Source: Candidatus Saccharimonadota bacterium
Lineage (GTDB): Bacteria > Patescibacteriota > Saccharimonadia > Saccharimonadales > AWTP1-31
Direction: 5' to 3'
Assembly (NCBI GenBank): GCA_026395435.1
Contig: JAPLYT010000003.1
Location: forward strand, 135,328 to 199,327
Length of the DNA: 64,000 bases
Shown here: piece by piece, positions 46,422 through 55,625 of the stretch
Numbering within the stretch: the stretch's first letter is position 1
How the letters are laid out: the number at the start of each line of letters is the position of its first letter
Notes under the pieces: generated by a model
What the model was told of the DNA's origin: nothing
Database searches by the model: none
Seen by the model: only the letters and a program-made list of their open reading frames with translations
Position numbers and translations under genes: made by a program

Positions 46422-48620
46422 ATGGCAAAAAGAAAAAAACAAACACGCAGCAGAAAAAAAGTAGTCGAACAGCAGCGTTCGACTTTTTGGCCGCTCGCCG
46501 GAGCCATCGTCCTGATCTTGCTCGCCTTATTCATGTTACTTGGAGGCTTTGGAACTGGCGGTCCACTGCCAACGGGGCTTTTCAAGGGAGCCTACTGGGC
46601 CCTTGGATGGGGCGCCTATCTCGTACCCATCGCATTGGTATATTTCGGAATACTAAAATTCAATAGTGAAGATCACCAAATACCACTTGGAAATTTCATC
46701 AGTATGATTGCCGGACTTACACTTACGGGTAGTTGGCTACACGTCGCATTTGCCACAAAAGATTCTACCGGTACTTTTGTCGATGGCCATGGTGGGCAAG
46801 TAGGCCAGCTGATAGGGGGTGTGGTACTCAATGCAATCGATAAAATACCGGCAAGCATTATGTTTTTCGTGTTCGCTGTTCTGGCGTTCTTTTTCGCATT
46901 CGGGATCTCACCCAAAGTACTGCTAAAGGTCATCGATGTTTTCCGCCCAGCCGAAGTCGAAGAAGACGGTCTGACTGCAATGAAGCAGCGAGCTGAACAC
47001 TCATTTACCTTGAATGAAGGCGTTCCTGTCGAGAGACACGGTCATGCCGGACCTTCAGCACCGCGGCTTGCATCTCTAAAAAATACCGCCCAGAAACTTG
47101 CCCCAGCCGAAGAACACAGTGCGCTAACCGTGGCTAGTGATCCCGATTGGCAACTGCCGTCCACGAGCCTACTGAGCCATAAACAGGACAAAGCAGATGC
47201 TGGTGATGTCGAAGGCAACGCTCGTATTATTCAAGAAACATTCGATAACTTTAGCATCGGTGTCGAAATGGAAGGGGCTAATATCGGGCCGAGTGTCACG
47301 CAGTACACCCTTAAACCTCCAGCTGGCACTAAGCTCACCAAGATCACGGCCCTCGAAAATAACATCGCCCTCGATCTTGCCGCCACATCCATACGTATCG
47401 AAGCACCAATCCCTGGTAAAAAATTAGTTGGAATTGAAGTGCCAAACGTTAAACCAGCAACGGTGCGAATGAGCGGCATGCTTGAGTCAAAAGAATGGAA
47501 AGCGACCGACAATAGTGCGCTTACCTTTGCCATAGGGCGAGATATAGCCGGCCATCCAATCATTGCCGATCTAGCCAAGATGCCCCATCTGCTTGTAGCA
47601 GGTCAGACCGGTTCCGGTAAGAGTGTTATGATCAATACAATTCTAACGAGCTTGCTGTATCGTAATGGTCCGTCAGACCTCAAGCTAATCCTGGTTGATC
47701 CAAAGCAAGTTGAATTGAAGCCCTATGACGACATCCCGCATCTCCTGACCCCTGTTATTACCGAGCCAGAGAAATGTATTAGCGCCCTTAAATGGACCGT
47801 TGCCGAAATGGAACGACGCTACAAGACGCTCAGTGAAGAGCGGGTTCGAAACATCATTGAATACAACAACAAGAAAAACGAAGAAGGCATGCCGTATATC
47901 GTCGTTGTTATCGATGAGCTTGCCGACCTGATGATGATGGCCGCTCGCGACGTCGAGTCACTCATCGTCCGAATTGCCCAAAAAGCTCGGGCCGTTGGTA
48001 TTCACCTTGTTCTTGCCACGCAGCGCCCGAGCGTTGACGTCATTACCGGTCTCATCAAGGCCAACGTCCCAGCCCGTATCGCGTTTACGACCGCTAGTCA
48101 GATAGACTCACGTACCATCATCGACCAGATGGGTGCTGAAAAACTACTTGGTAAGGGTGATATGCTACTCCTCACGGCAAGTATGCCGAAGCCACAGCGT
48201 ATCCAGGGTGCATTCATTGATGATGACGAAACCAATAAGGTGACTGATTTCATCCGTGAACAACGACCTCCGCAGTATGATAACGAAGTTGTCAGCCAGC
48301 CAGTTCAGCTCAATGGTCGTGGCGGAATTGTCGCAGACGTAGATGCCGCTGATGAACCAGTCTTTAAACAGGCAGTAGAAGTTGTCATAGAGGCAGGCAA
48401 GGCCAGCACCAGCCTCTTACAACGTCGATTACGAATTGGTTATGGCAAGGCTGCTCGCATGATTGAATCAATGGAAGAACAAGGAATCGTCGGCCCAGCC
48501 GATGGCTCTCGCCCACGAGAAGTACTCATTAGCAGCATGAGTGATGTATTTGGCGGACCAGCCCCCGACACCTCAGAACCATTCACCAACACCGATGAGC
48601 AAGAACCCGAAGAGCTCTAG
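46422..48620 (+). CDS. ftsK: DNA translocase FtsK/SpoIIIE
   Basis: 732 aa; N-terminal 4 TM, Walker A GQTGSGKSV, Walker B VVVIDELADLMM, C-terminal gamma winged helix. Confidence 0.9.
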   Translation: MAKRKKQTRSRKKVVEQQRSTFWPLAGAIVLILLALFMLLGGFGTGGPLPTGLFKGAYWALGWGAYLVPIALVYFGILKFNSEDHQIPLGNFISMIAGLTLTGSWLHVAFATKDSTGTFVDGHGGQVGQLIGGVVLNAIDKIPASIMFFVFAVLAFFFAFGISPKVLLKVIDVFRPAEVEEDGLTAMKQRAEHSFTLNEGVPVERHGHAGPSAPRLASLKNTAQKLAPAEEHSALTVASDPDWQLPSTSLLSHKQDKADAGDVEGNARIIQETFDNFSIGVEMEGANIGPSVTQYTLKPPAGTKLTKITALENNIALDLAATSIRIEAPIPGKKLVGIEVPNVKPATVRMSGMLESKEWKATDNSALTFAIGRDIAGHPIIADLAKMPHLLVAGQTGSGKSVMINTILTSLLYRNGPSDLKLILVDPKQVELKPYDDIPHLLTPVITEPEKCISALKWTVAEMERRYKTLSEERVRNIIEYNNKKNEEGMPYIVVVIDELADLMMMAARDVESLIVRIAQKARAVGIHLVLATQRPSVDVITGLIKANVPARIAFTTASQIDSRTIIDQMGAEKLLGKGDMLLLTASMPKPQRIQGAFIDDDETNKVTDFIREQRPPQYDNEVVSQPVQLNGRGGIVADVDAADEPVFKQAVEVVIEAGKASTSLLQRRLRIGYGKAARMIESMEEQGIVGPADGSRPREVLISSMSDVFGGPAPDTSEPFTNTDEQEPEEL

Positions 48621-48632
48621 CATAGTCCGCAC

Positions 48633-48661
48633 TTGTAATATTCCGCCAAAAACGCTATAAT
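48633..48661 (+). promoter_or_regulatory. sigma-70-type promoter TTGTAA-17-TATAAT for the rpsF-ssb operon, giving an approximately 110-nt leader
   Basis: Read directly. Confidence 0.55.
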
Positions 48662-48775
48662 TACCTCTGTTATATTAACTTCAACGTATGTCCCCTTGTG
48701 AGCATATGTTTTAACCAAAGGAAGTTTACAATCAAGACGTACGTTTTGTACTGTATTCCTTCAGAAAGGACCTAG

Positions 48776-49156
48776 ATGAACCAATACGAAATTGCAGTAT
48801 TGTATCACCCAGATCTCGAGATTGATCTTGAGAAAGCCACCAAAAAAGTAGAGCAAATCTTTACAGATAATGGTGGAACCGTTGTCAACGCCGACAACTG
48901 GGGTAAGCGAAAGCTTGCGTACACTATCGCCAAGCAAGATCACGCCGTATATGTAATTTATACCGTTGATATGCCAGGTACCGGTGTTGCGAAGACTGAG
49001 TCTACACTCAATATCACTGACGAAGTAATTCGTTTCTTGATTACACGTCCAGACCTCAAAGCTATCGCCAAAGCTGAAGCAACCAAGGCTGAAAAAGCTG
49101 CCAAAGCTGCTGAGCGTGGTGACCGAGCTGACGACGATTCAAAAGACGAAGAATAG
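48776..49156 (+). CDS. rpsF: 30S ribosomal protein S6 (acidic/Ala-Lys C-terminal tail)
   Basis: MNQYEIAVLYHPDLE...GKRKLAYTI typical of S6. Confidence 0.9.
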   Translation: MNQYEIAVLYHPDLEIDLEKATKKVEQIFTDNGGTVVNADNWGKRKLAYTIAKQDHAVYVIYTVDMPGTGVAKTESTLNITDEVIRFLITRPDLKAIAKAEATKAEKAAKAAERGDRADDDSKDEE

Positions 49157-49251
49157 TTTCATGCTGTTGCTTGACGCATTGATTTTTGCGCAGTAACGTA
49201 TAGATACACAATAATTAATCGGACATAGTATCCGAGAAGGAGGGTTGCCAC

Positions 49252-49731
49252 ATGGCACGTAGCTTTAACCAAGTAATACTAATGGGGAACTTAACTCGAG
49301 ACCCCGAAGTGCGACAAATTCCGAGCGGGCAAAGTGTTTGTACATTTAGCCTCGCACTCAACCGGAGTTTTAAGGGAGCAGATGGGAACTGGCAAGAAGC
49401 AACCGATTATATCGATGTTGTTGCCTGGGGACCACTCGGCGAACGAGTTGCACAATATGTTACAAAAGGCCGTCCAGTACTCGTAAATGGCCGTCTCCAG
49501 AGCCGTTCTTGGGAGCAAGAAGGCGTCAAGCGGAGTAAGGTCGAAGTAAACGCCCAAGACGTTACGTTCCTCGGTGGACGAGGTGAGGGCGGTGAAGGCG
49601 GAAGCTACACTCCACCTGCTAATACCAGTGGAAGTGGACCAGCCAAGAAATCATCTTCAAAGAAGGTGGACGAAGTGGCTATCGAGGATATTGGCGATGA
49701 ACCAATCAACCTTGAAGACATTCCATTCTAG
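49252..49731 (+). CDS. ssb: single-stranded DNA-binding protein
   Basis: OB fold (VILMGNLTRDPEVR...) and acidic C-terminal tip DIPF. Confidence 0.9.
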   Translation: MARSFNQVILMGNLTRDPEVRQIPSGQSVCTFSLALNRSFKGADGNWQEATDYIDVVAWGPLGERVAQYVTKGRPVLVNGRLQSRSWEQEGVKRSKVEVNAQDVTFLGGRGEGGEGGSYTPPANTSGSGPAKKSSSKKVDEVAIEDIGDEPINLEDIPF

Positions 49732-49754
49732 TACATTTACAACACAATTTTCTG

Positions 49755-49774
49755 CCAGCTAGCCTAGGCTAGCT
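49755..49774. repeat. 20-bp perfect palindrome cagctagcctaggctagctg immediately after ssb
   Basis: Read directly; can form an 8-bp stem with a ctag loop; no clean T-run. Confidence 0.6.
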
Positions 49775-49989
49775 GCACCAAAATTGTTTCTGGCGTCTCG
49801 CTTTGTCGGCTAGCTCCAGTGCTCAGTCGGAGTACTTTTCGTACACCTTCCTGCGCGCTTCGCTGTCTCCATGCGATACATCCAGATGTAAACGTCCTAG
49901 TAACAAACGGTCAAAATTTGTTAAAAACCAAATTAGCGATAGTTGAATTTAAGATTTTAATAATAATTAAGAGAATATAGGAGAAGACG

Positions 49990-50193
49990 ATGGCAAAGAT
50001 ATTTAAACATCGAACCGATGTAGCCTTTTTTGACTACAAAGACTTCAAAACATTGCAACGGTATGTAAACATGTACGGGCAAATCGAGACTCGCAAAAAG
50101 ACTGGTCTCACCGAAAGCCAACAGCGCCGATTGAGTGTCGCTATTAAGCGCGCACGACACATCGCACTACTACCTTTCGTGGCAAATAACTAA
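49990..50193 (+). CDS. rpsR: 30S ribosomal protein S18
   Basis: 67 aa; ...YKDFKTLQRYV...RRLSVAIKRARHIALLPF typical of S18. Confidence 0.9.
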   Translation: MAKIFKHRTDVAFFDYKDFKTLQRYVNMYGQIETRKKTGLTESQQRRLSVAIKRARHIALLPFVANN

Positions 50194-50292
50194 TCTACGG
50201 CATTCGATCAGCAGACCGATTTAAAGCGGACTGCTGATCTTTTGTCATATCGAGTACGCGTACTCGTCTCAACTGAAAAGGACACCGACCCA

Positions 50293-50859
50293 ATGGCACT
50301 CAGCATTACCGATCTCAAAAAAGGAACAATTTTTAAACTCGATGGCACACCGTATCGGGTTGTTGACTATAACCAAAAAGTTATGGGTCGTGGTGGATCA
50401 ATCGTTAACGTCCGCATTAAGAGCTTACTCGATGGCAGTGTCCTGGCCAAGACATTCAAAGGCAACGAACAACTCGACTATGCAGACGTCAGCAATCAAA
50501 ACGTCCAGTATCTCTATAGCGATACCAACACCTTTTATTTTATGGACGAAGTCAGCTTCGAACAATTCGAAGTTCCTGCTGTAATTCTCGGCGATCAAAC
50601 AGGGTATCTCAAAGAAGGCGACCGCGCCCAAGCCCAACTTTTCGATGGACGAGTTATCAACATCGAACTTCCCAAGAATGTTCCACTACTTGTGACCTAT
50701 ACCGAAGATGTCGTCAAAGGCGATACTACCAGCAACGTCATGAAAGACGCCACTGTCGAGACCGGAATCATCATCAAAGTACCATCATTCATCAAGCAGG
50801 GTGATGTTATCAACGTCGATACCACTACAGGCGCATACCGAGAGCGTGTTAAAGAATAA
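50293..50859 (+). CDS. efp: elongation factor P
   Basis: MALSITDLKKGTIFKLDGTPYRVVDYNQ... KOW-like N-terminal domain plus two OB domains; ATG at 50293 preferred over the longer track ORF. Confidence 0.85.
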   Translation: MALSITDLKKGTIFKLDGTPYRVVDYNQKVMGRGGSIVNVRIKSLLDGSVLAKTFKGNEQLDYADVSNQNVQYLYSDTNTFYFMDEVSFEQFEVPAVILGDQTGYLKEGDRAQAQLFDGRVINIELPKNVPLLVTYTEDVVKGDTTSNVMKDATVETGIIIKVPSFIKQGDVINVDTTTGAYRERVKE

Positions 50860-50905
50860 CCCTCAGACCTAGTACGCCATATGATAATAAAGGTACAATT
50901 TAAGC

Positions 50906-51172
50906 ATGACATATAAAGATTTCATTGATCTATCCGGGTTGATTGCGGCAGGCTGTATCTCTATTGCATTATTTGTATTTCTAGCCTTGGTATTTCCGCG
51001 CGATGGATTGGTTCTTAATCGAAAGAGATGGGATAGCCTGACGAAGGACTATCGAGATCCTAACATCGCCGTCGGCGGGCCTATTGGAATTGTCTTAAAA
51101 CTTTTAAAAGTGGGGTTATTCTTTGCTGTACTCACAGGGCTGTTATTCATATTCGAGAGATTCACTACATGA
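50906..51172 (+). CDS. small membrane protein (2 TM), hypothetical
   Basis: 88-aa ORF; stop overlaps the tlyA start. Confidence 0.35.
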   Translation: MTYKDFIDLSGLIAAGCISIALFVFLALVFPRDGLVLNRKRWDSLTKDYRDPNIAVGGPIGIVLKLLKVGLFFAVLTGLLFIFERFTT

Positions 51173-51897
51173 CTAATCAAAAAATTCGTCTCGATCAGCT
51201 TGTACTCCAGAAAAGTTTTGTTGTCTCGCGCTCACAGGCCGAGAGCCATATTAAACTGGGCAATGTGACAGTGAATGGGCTTGTCGTGAAGCGAGCAGGG
51301 ACCCTCGTATGGCCCGATGCCGACATTCAATTTACGGCTACCGAACAATACGTTTCTCGAGCCGGACTTAAGCTTGCCAGCGTAGCTTCTACCCTAAAGC
51401 TCAACTTCAGAGATACCGTCGTGCTCGACGTCGGCTCATCTACCGGTGGTTTCACGGATTATGCTCTCAAGCACGGTGCCCGAAAAGTTATCGCTGTAGA
51501 ACTTGGTAAAGACCAGTTACATCCCTCACTGCATGGCAATCCCCAAATCGAACTCCACGAACAGACAGACATTCGAACGTTTAAGACAAAAGAACTAATC
51601 GATATTGTCGTGGCCGACGTATCGTTCGTCAGCCTTCGCGATATTCTACCTTCGGTCGCCAAGCTTTGCACCAAGCAAACGCTCATCGTTGCTATGGTCA
51701 AGCCTCAGTTCGAAGCCAGGTCGAGCAATGTCTCGCACAACGGCGTTATTAAGAACGAAAAAGTCCGCCGTGAAATCCTCAAGGATTTTGAATTTTGGGT
51801 TCGAGGTGGTTTTGTAGTCGTAGACAAATCAGACTCTGACGTCGCAGGAGCAAAAGGCAACCGCGAGCGGTTTTATCTCCTCAAAAAAAGTAAATGA
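51169..51897 (+). CDS. tlyA: TlyA-family rRNA 2'-O-methyltransferase (S4 domain plus FtsJ-like MTase)
   Basis: S4 RNA-binding N-terminus (RLDQLVLQKSFVVSRSQAESHIKLGNVTVNG) and SAM-binding VLDVGSSTGGFTDYAL. Confidence 0.8.
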   Translation: MTNQKIRLDQLVLQKSFVVSRSQAESHIKLGNVTVNGLVVKRAGTLVWPDADIQFTATEQYVSRAGLKLASVASTLKLNFRDTVVLDVGSSTGGFTDYALKHGARKVIAVELGKDQLHPSLHGNPQIELHEQTDIRTFKTKELIDIVVADVSFVSLRDILPSVAKLCTKQTLIVAMVKPQFEARSSNVSHNGVIKNEKVRREILKDFEFWVRGGFVVVDKSDSDVAGAKGNRERFYLLKKSK

Positions 51898-51933
51898 TAG
51901 TTTATCCGATAGAACATACGGTACAATTGTCGC

Positions 51934-52587
51934 ATGTACTTTATTAACCGCGTAGAAGCGGGCAAGCAGCTCACTGAGAAACTTCTCAAATACAAGCATG
52001 AAAAATGCACACTCGTTGCATTATCGGATGGAGCCACTGTTATCGCTGCGCAATCTGCCACCGTTCTCAATAGTCCAATCGTTATGTTACTAAGCGAAGG
52101 TATCCATGCACCTGGTGAATCAGTGGCAGTCGCCAATATAAATCAGGCGGGTAATTACGGGTTCAATTCTGCCTATTCAGCAGGGCAGCTCGATGAATTT
52201 AATATGGAATACCATCAAGTTTTTGAACAAAGTAAGCTTGAAAAATTGAGTAAGATGCATCGATTGCTTGGTAAATTGGGCGTTATAAAGCCAGATTTAT
52301 TACGAGGCCGAACGGTTATTCTTATCGCCGATGGCCTCGGTGATGCTACGTCGATCGATTCAGCCATGCTGTATTTGAAATCAATCAAAGTCAAAAAACT
52401 GATAATCGCCACTCCGTTTGCCAGTGTTGATGTTGTCGACAGGATGCACTTACTCGCTGATGAGATCGCCTGTCTCAACGTCGTTCAAAACTTTATGGGC
52501 GTAAATCATTATTACGAAGATAACCTCATACCGTCGCATGAAACAGTTGTTAAAACGATTCAAACAATGGTTAAATCCTGGAAATAA
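51934..52587 (+). CDS. phosphoribosyltransferase-like domain protein
   Basis: 217 aa; VILIADGLGDATSI resembles a PRTase PRPP-binding loop. Confidence 0.4.
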   Translation: MYFINRVEAGKQLTEKLLKYKHEKCTLVALSDGATVIAAQSATVLNSPIVMLLSEGIHAPGESVAVANINQAGNYGFNSAYSAGQLDEFNMEYHQVFEQSKLEKLSKMHRLLGKLGVIKPDLLRGRTVILIADGLGDATSIDSAMLYLKSIKVKKLIIATPFASVDVVDRMHLLADEIACLNVVQNFMGVNHYYEDNLIPSHETVVKTIQTMVKSWK

Positions 52588-52600
52588 CTAGAGCGTCAGA

Positions 52601-53677
52601 TTATACGTTAAATCGAAATTCAACGATATCACCAGGTTGCATCACGTATGTCTTACCCTCGGTACGTACCTTGCCAGCGGCTTTAGCGGCTTGTTCAGTT
52701 CCTGCGGTCATCAAATCATCATAGTCGACTACTTGGGCGGCAATGAATCCACGTTCAAAATCGCCATGTATCACGCCAGCTGCCTGTGGTGCAGTATCGC
52801 CCTTGTGAATCGTCCAGGCTCGTACTTCTTGCGGGCCAGCAGTCAAATAGCTCTGCAATCCAAGGACATCATAGGCAGTATGGATTAGCTGGTTCAATCC
52901 TGATTCTTCCTGGCCATAACTAGCAAGCATCTCAACCCTATCGCCTTCATCCAGACCTCGGAGTTCGCTCTCTAACTTCGCACATATAAATAGTGCTTGA
53001 TTGGGCGCTACCAATGTTCGTAATTCTTGTTTGCGCTCATCATTCGTCAATGTTTGCTCATCAACATTGAATACATACATCACGGTTTTTGCCGTTATCA
53101 GCTGAAGATCAGCTACCAGCGTTAAATCAACATCGAGCGAAGAGGCAAGCTTGCCAGCGTCGAGTCCTTCGAGGATAGTCTTATAGGCTTCTGCCACTGG
53201 TTTGAGCTTTACATCAGCCCGAGCTTCTTTTTCGATTCGAGGCATTCGTTTTTCTACCGACTGAAGATCGGCCAGAATAAGCTCAGTGTTGATAACATCG
53301 ATATCTTTAGCCGGGTCGGCGACGTCATCAACATGGATCACATTACTATCATCAAATGCTCGCACCACGTGGGCAATAGCATTACAGGTTCTAATATTCG
53401 CCAAAAACTGATTTCCTAGACCTTCGCCTTGCGAGGCACCAGCCACCAACCCAGCAATATCGACAAAATTGACTGTGGCAGGCAAGACCTTTTTGCTGCC
53501 ATAGAGGGTGGCCAGTTTTTCAAGCCGAGCATCTGGCACAGGTACGATCCCCGTGTTTGGCTCTATAGTCGCAAACGGATAATTTGCGGCCAATACTTCA
53601 TTATCCGTCAGGGCATTAAATAATGTCGATTTACCGACATTAGGCAGCCCAACGATTCCGATACTTAGTGAACTCAT
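52601..53677 (-). CDS. ychF: ribosome-binding ATPase YchF
   Basis: G1 GIVGLPNVGKST, G3/G4 motifs, TGS C-terminal domain (...YVMQPGDIVEFRFNV). Confidence 0.9.
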   Translation of the reverse strand: MSSLSIGIVGLPNVGKSTLFNALTDNEVLAANYPFATIEPNTGIVPVPDARLEKLATLYGSKKVLPATVNFVDIAGLVAGASQGEGLGNQFLANIRTCNAIAHVVRAFDDSNVIHVDDVADPAKDIDVINTELILADLQSVEKRMPRIEKEARADVKLKPVAEAYKTILEGLDAGKLASSLDVDLTLVADLQLITAKTVMYVFNVDEQTLTNDERKQELRTLVAPNQALFICAKLESELRGLDEGDRVEMLASYGQEESGLNQLIHTAYDVLGLQSYLTAGPQEVRAWTIHKGDTAPQAAGVIHGDFERGFIAAQVVDYDDLMTAGTEQAAKAAGKVRTEGKTYVMQPGDIVEFRFNV

Positions 53678-53715
53678 ACCATGATTATAACAGAGGTAGC
53701 AATCATTCCAAAAAC

Positions 53716-53744
53716 TTGACCAAAACGCTTAAGTATGCTAATAT
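53716..53744 (+). promoter_or_regulatory. sigma-70-type promoter TTGACC-17-TAATAT in the ychF / HD-protein divergent region
   Basis: Read directly; about 28 nt upstream of the ATG at 53773. Confidence 0.5.
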
Positions 53745-53772
53745 ACAAGGTGAAAGTACGCAAAACAAAAAA

Positions 53773-55494
53773 ATGACAAAAACCGTAGATCCAACAGACA
53801 TGCAGACTCGTCTAGATCACTCTAGAAGCATTGAAGACGCTGAGCGTTTTCGAGCTATTGATACGCTCAAGGAACTCGGTCTTTTGATTCCGGTTACTGA
53901 CCTTGAGACATATCATGGTAGGGCTGGCGATAGTAGTGAAGGTACATGGCAGGTGGACCCGAGTTTTACCAATGGTAGTAATGATAGCGGAAATAGTAAT
54001 GTTAATGAGCGGCCAACGCTTTATACTGGCGACCAAGAAACTGCTCGGGATATTGCAGATAAAAGGGTTGGTTTTTCACAAGCAAATAAGCAGCGTCGTG
54101 CCGAAATACATGAAATAGTTCATGCCGATCCCGATGCCACCATTATAGACTTAGGTTTTGACAGCTCAAAGCTCGATGATCACGACAAGGCAAGATATGC
54201 AGAAGCGCTAAAAGCACTGATTATTCCGGTGACCGAGGGTTCACCAGTCGGATTTGAGCACAAAGATGCGCTCGGACCATACGTCCAAGCATCAAAACGT
54301 CTGCAAAAAAACTTTCTTACCGTGTCAGATGTAGCGACTATTGTTGCTGAGTCTGGCGTAGACCAAGCACTGGCAGACCAATTAGCGGGAGGCTACAATG
54401 CGCGCTTTCTTGCACATATACACCCATCGTATCTCGTACACAAACTGCTTAATAGCAGACATGATATTGTTACGGGTGCACTTGATGATGGCGGTAAAAT
54501 GCAGGAGCTCCCAATCAATCTTGAATATGTTGAGCGATATCTGAGGCTTGCTCACATAGTAGGAGTAAAGCAAACTCTCAACTCAGCGACTTTAGCCCGA
54601 AAAATTACTTCAGTTTCATTCTTTGATTTAGAAAGAACTAAAACAGCAGAATCACTTGCATCAGAGCGTGAGGCAACATGGAAGAGGCTCGGTGGCGCAG
54701 CTACTCTATTAAAGGAAATAGCGAAAGCAGAAGCCAAACCTCGCGATTTATTACATGCATTACTTCAAGATGTTCATGCAAAACCTGAAAAGCTTATCCA
54801 GGCAGCAAGATTAGTGGAAGGGTATGATCAAATTTTTGATGCAGATGCAGGAAACTGGGAAGGTTTCACTCTGGCTGAGCATACGGAAACGGTTTTACGA
54901 AATTTTGATGAGAACTTTGCCGACAAAATTCCCGTAGAATTTTTAGCTCCAATGAGACTAGCAATCATAGCGCATGATCTCGGCAAACCTGCCGCCAATG
55001 CGAATGGACAAAAACATCTCCAAAAAGAATACAATGCATCGCAAGCAAATGATTTCTTGGCAAAGGCTGGCGTTGACGATCGTTTGAAAGGAATTATATT
55101 GGCTGTAATTGGGAATGGTTCCTCTCTTGCCTATAAGGTAGATATTGGCGGTGAAGGCGAGACAGCCAAAGCTCAATTATACGAGTGGGCTCGAAACACT
55201 CTCAGTAAATTTAGCCCAAAAGGCGAGCATATAGATGATCAGATTGCTGGTTTCGTAGATATGTGTCGGATGTTACAAATATGTGACGGTGGTGCCTATA
55301 CCAGTATGGCAGTAACCAGTAGAGGCAATAGTAGGGTTAGATTTAGAAATGCGCCATCATTCAACAGAAGCTTTGCTCCGCCTGTAGGGCTGGGAAGGCG
55401 ATCGATACGACTGAGAAATGGTAGAGCCACCCATGCCTCATACGACTTGACTCCAAAAGCTGCCGAAAGGCAGACTATGAAAAAGGCGTCGTAA
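53773..55494 (+). CDS. HD-domain phosphohydrolase with approximately 400-aa N-terminal region of unknown function
   Basis: C-terminal third: LAEHTETVLRNF ... RLAIIAHDLGKP matches H...HD(I/L)GK HD-domain motifs; ATG at 53773 chosen after the promoter (the track ORF starts upstream at 53668, inside the divergent promoter region). Confidence 0.45.
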   Translation: MTKTVDPTDMQTRLDHSRSIEDAERFRAIDTLKELGLLIPVTDLETYHGRAGDSSEGTWQVDPSFTNGSNDSGNSNVNERPTLYTGDQETARDIADKRVGFSQANKQRRAEIHEIVHADPDATIIDLGFDSSKLDDHDKARYAEALKALIIPVTEGSPVGFEHKDALGPYVQASKRLQKNFLTVSDVATIVAESGVDQALADQLAGGYNARFLAHIHPSYLVHKLLNSRHDIVTGALDDGGKMQELPINLEYVERYLRLAHIVGVKQTLNSATLARKITSVSFFDLERTKTAESLASEREATWKRLGGAATLLKEIAKAEAKPRDLLHALLQDVHAKPEKLIQAARLVEGYDQIFDADAGNWEGFTLAEHTETVLRNFDENFADKIPVEFLAPMRLAIIAHDLGKPAANANGQKHLQKEYNASQANDFLAKAGVDDRLKGIILAVIGNGSSLAYKVDIGGEGETAKAQLYEWARNTLSKFSPKGEHIDDQIAGFVDMCRMLQICDGGAYTSMAVTSRGNSRVRFRNAPSFNRSFAPPVGLGRRSIRLRNGRATHASYDLTPKAAERQTMKKAS

Positions 55495-55625
55495 AAAGCA
55501 GTTGGTTTAGGTTTAGTTTACAGAGATCATAAGCTACCAGTAGTCTTTGCACGCCTATATATCAAATACCGCCATCTCATTCCGGAGGTGCTATACTAAG
55601 CACAAACGGTAAAAGTTGAGACAAC

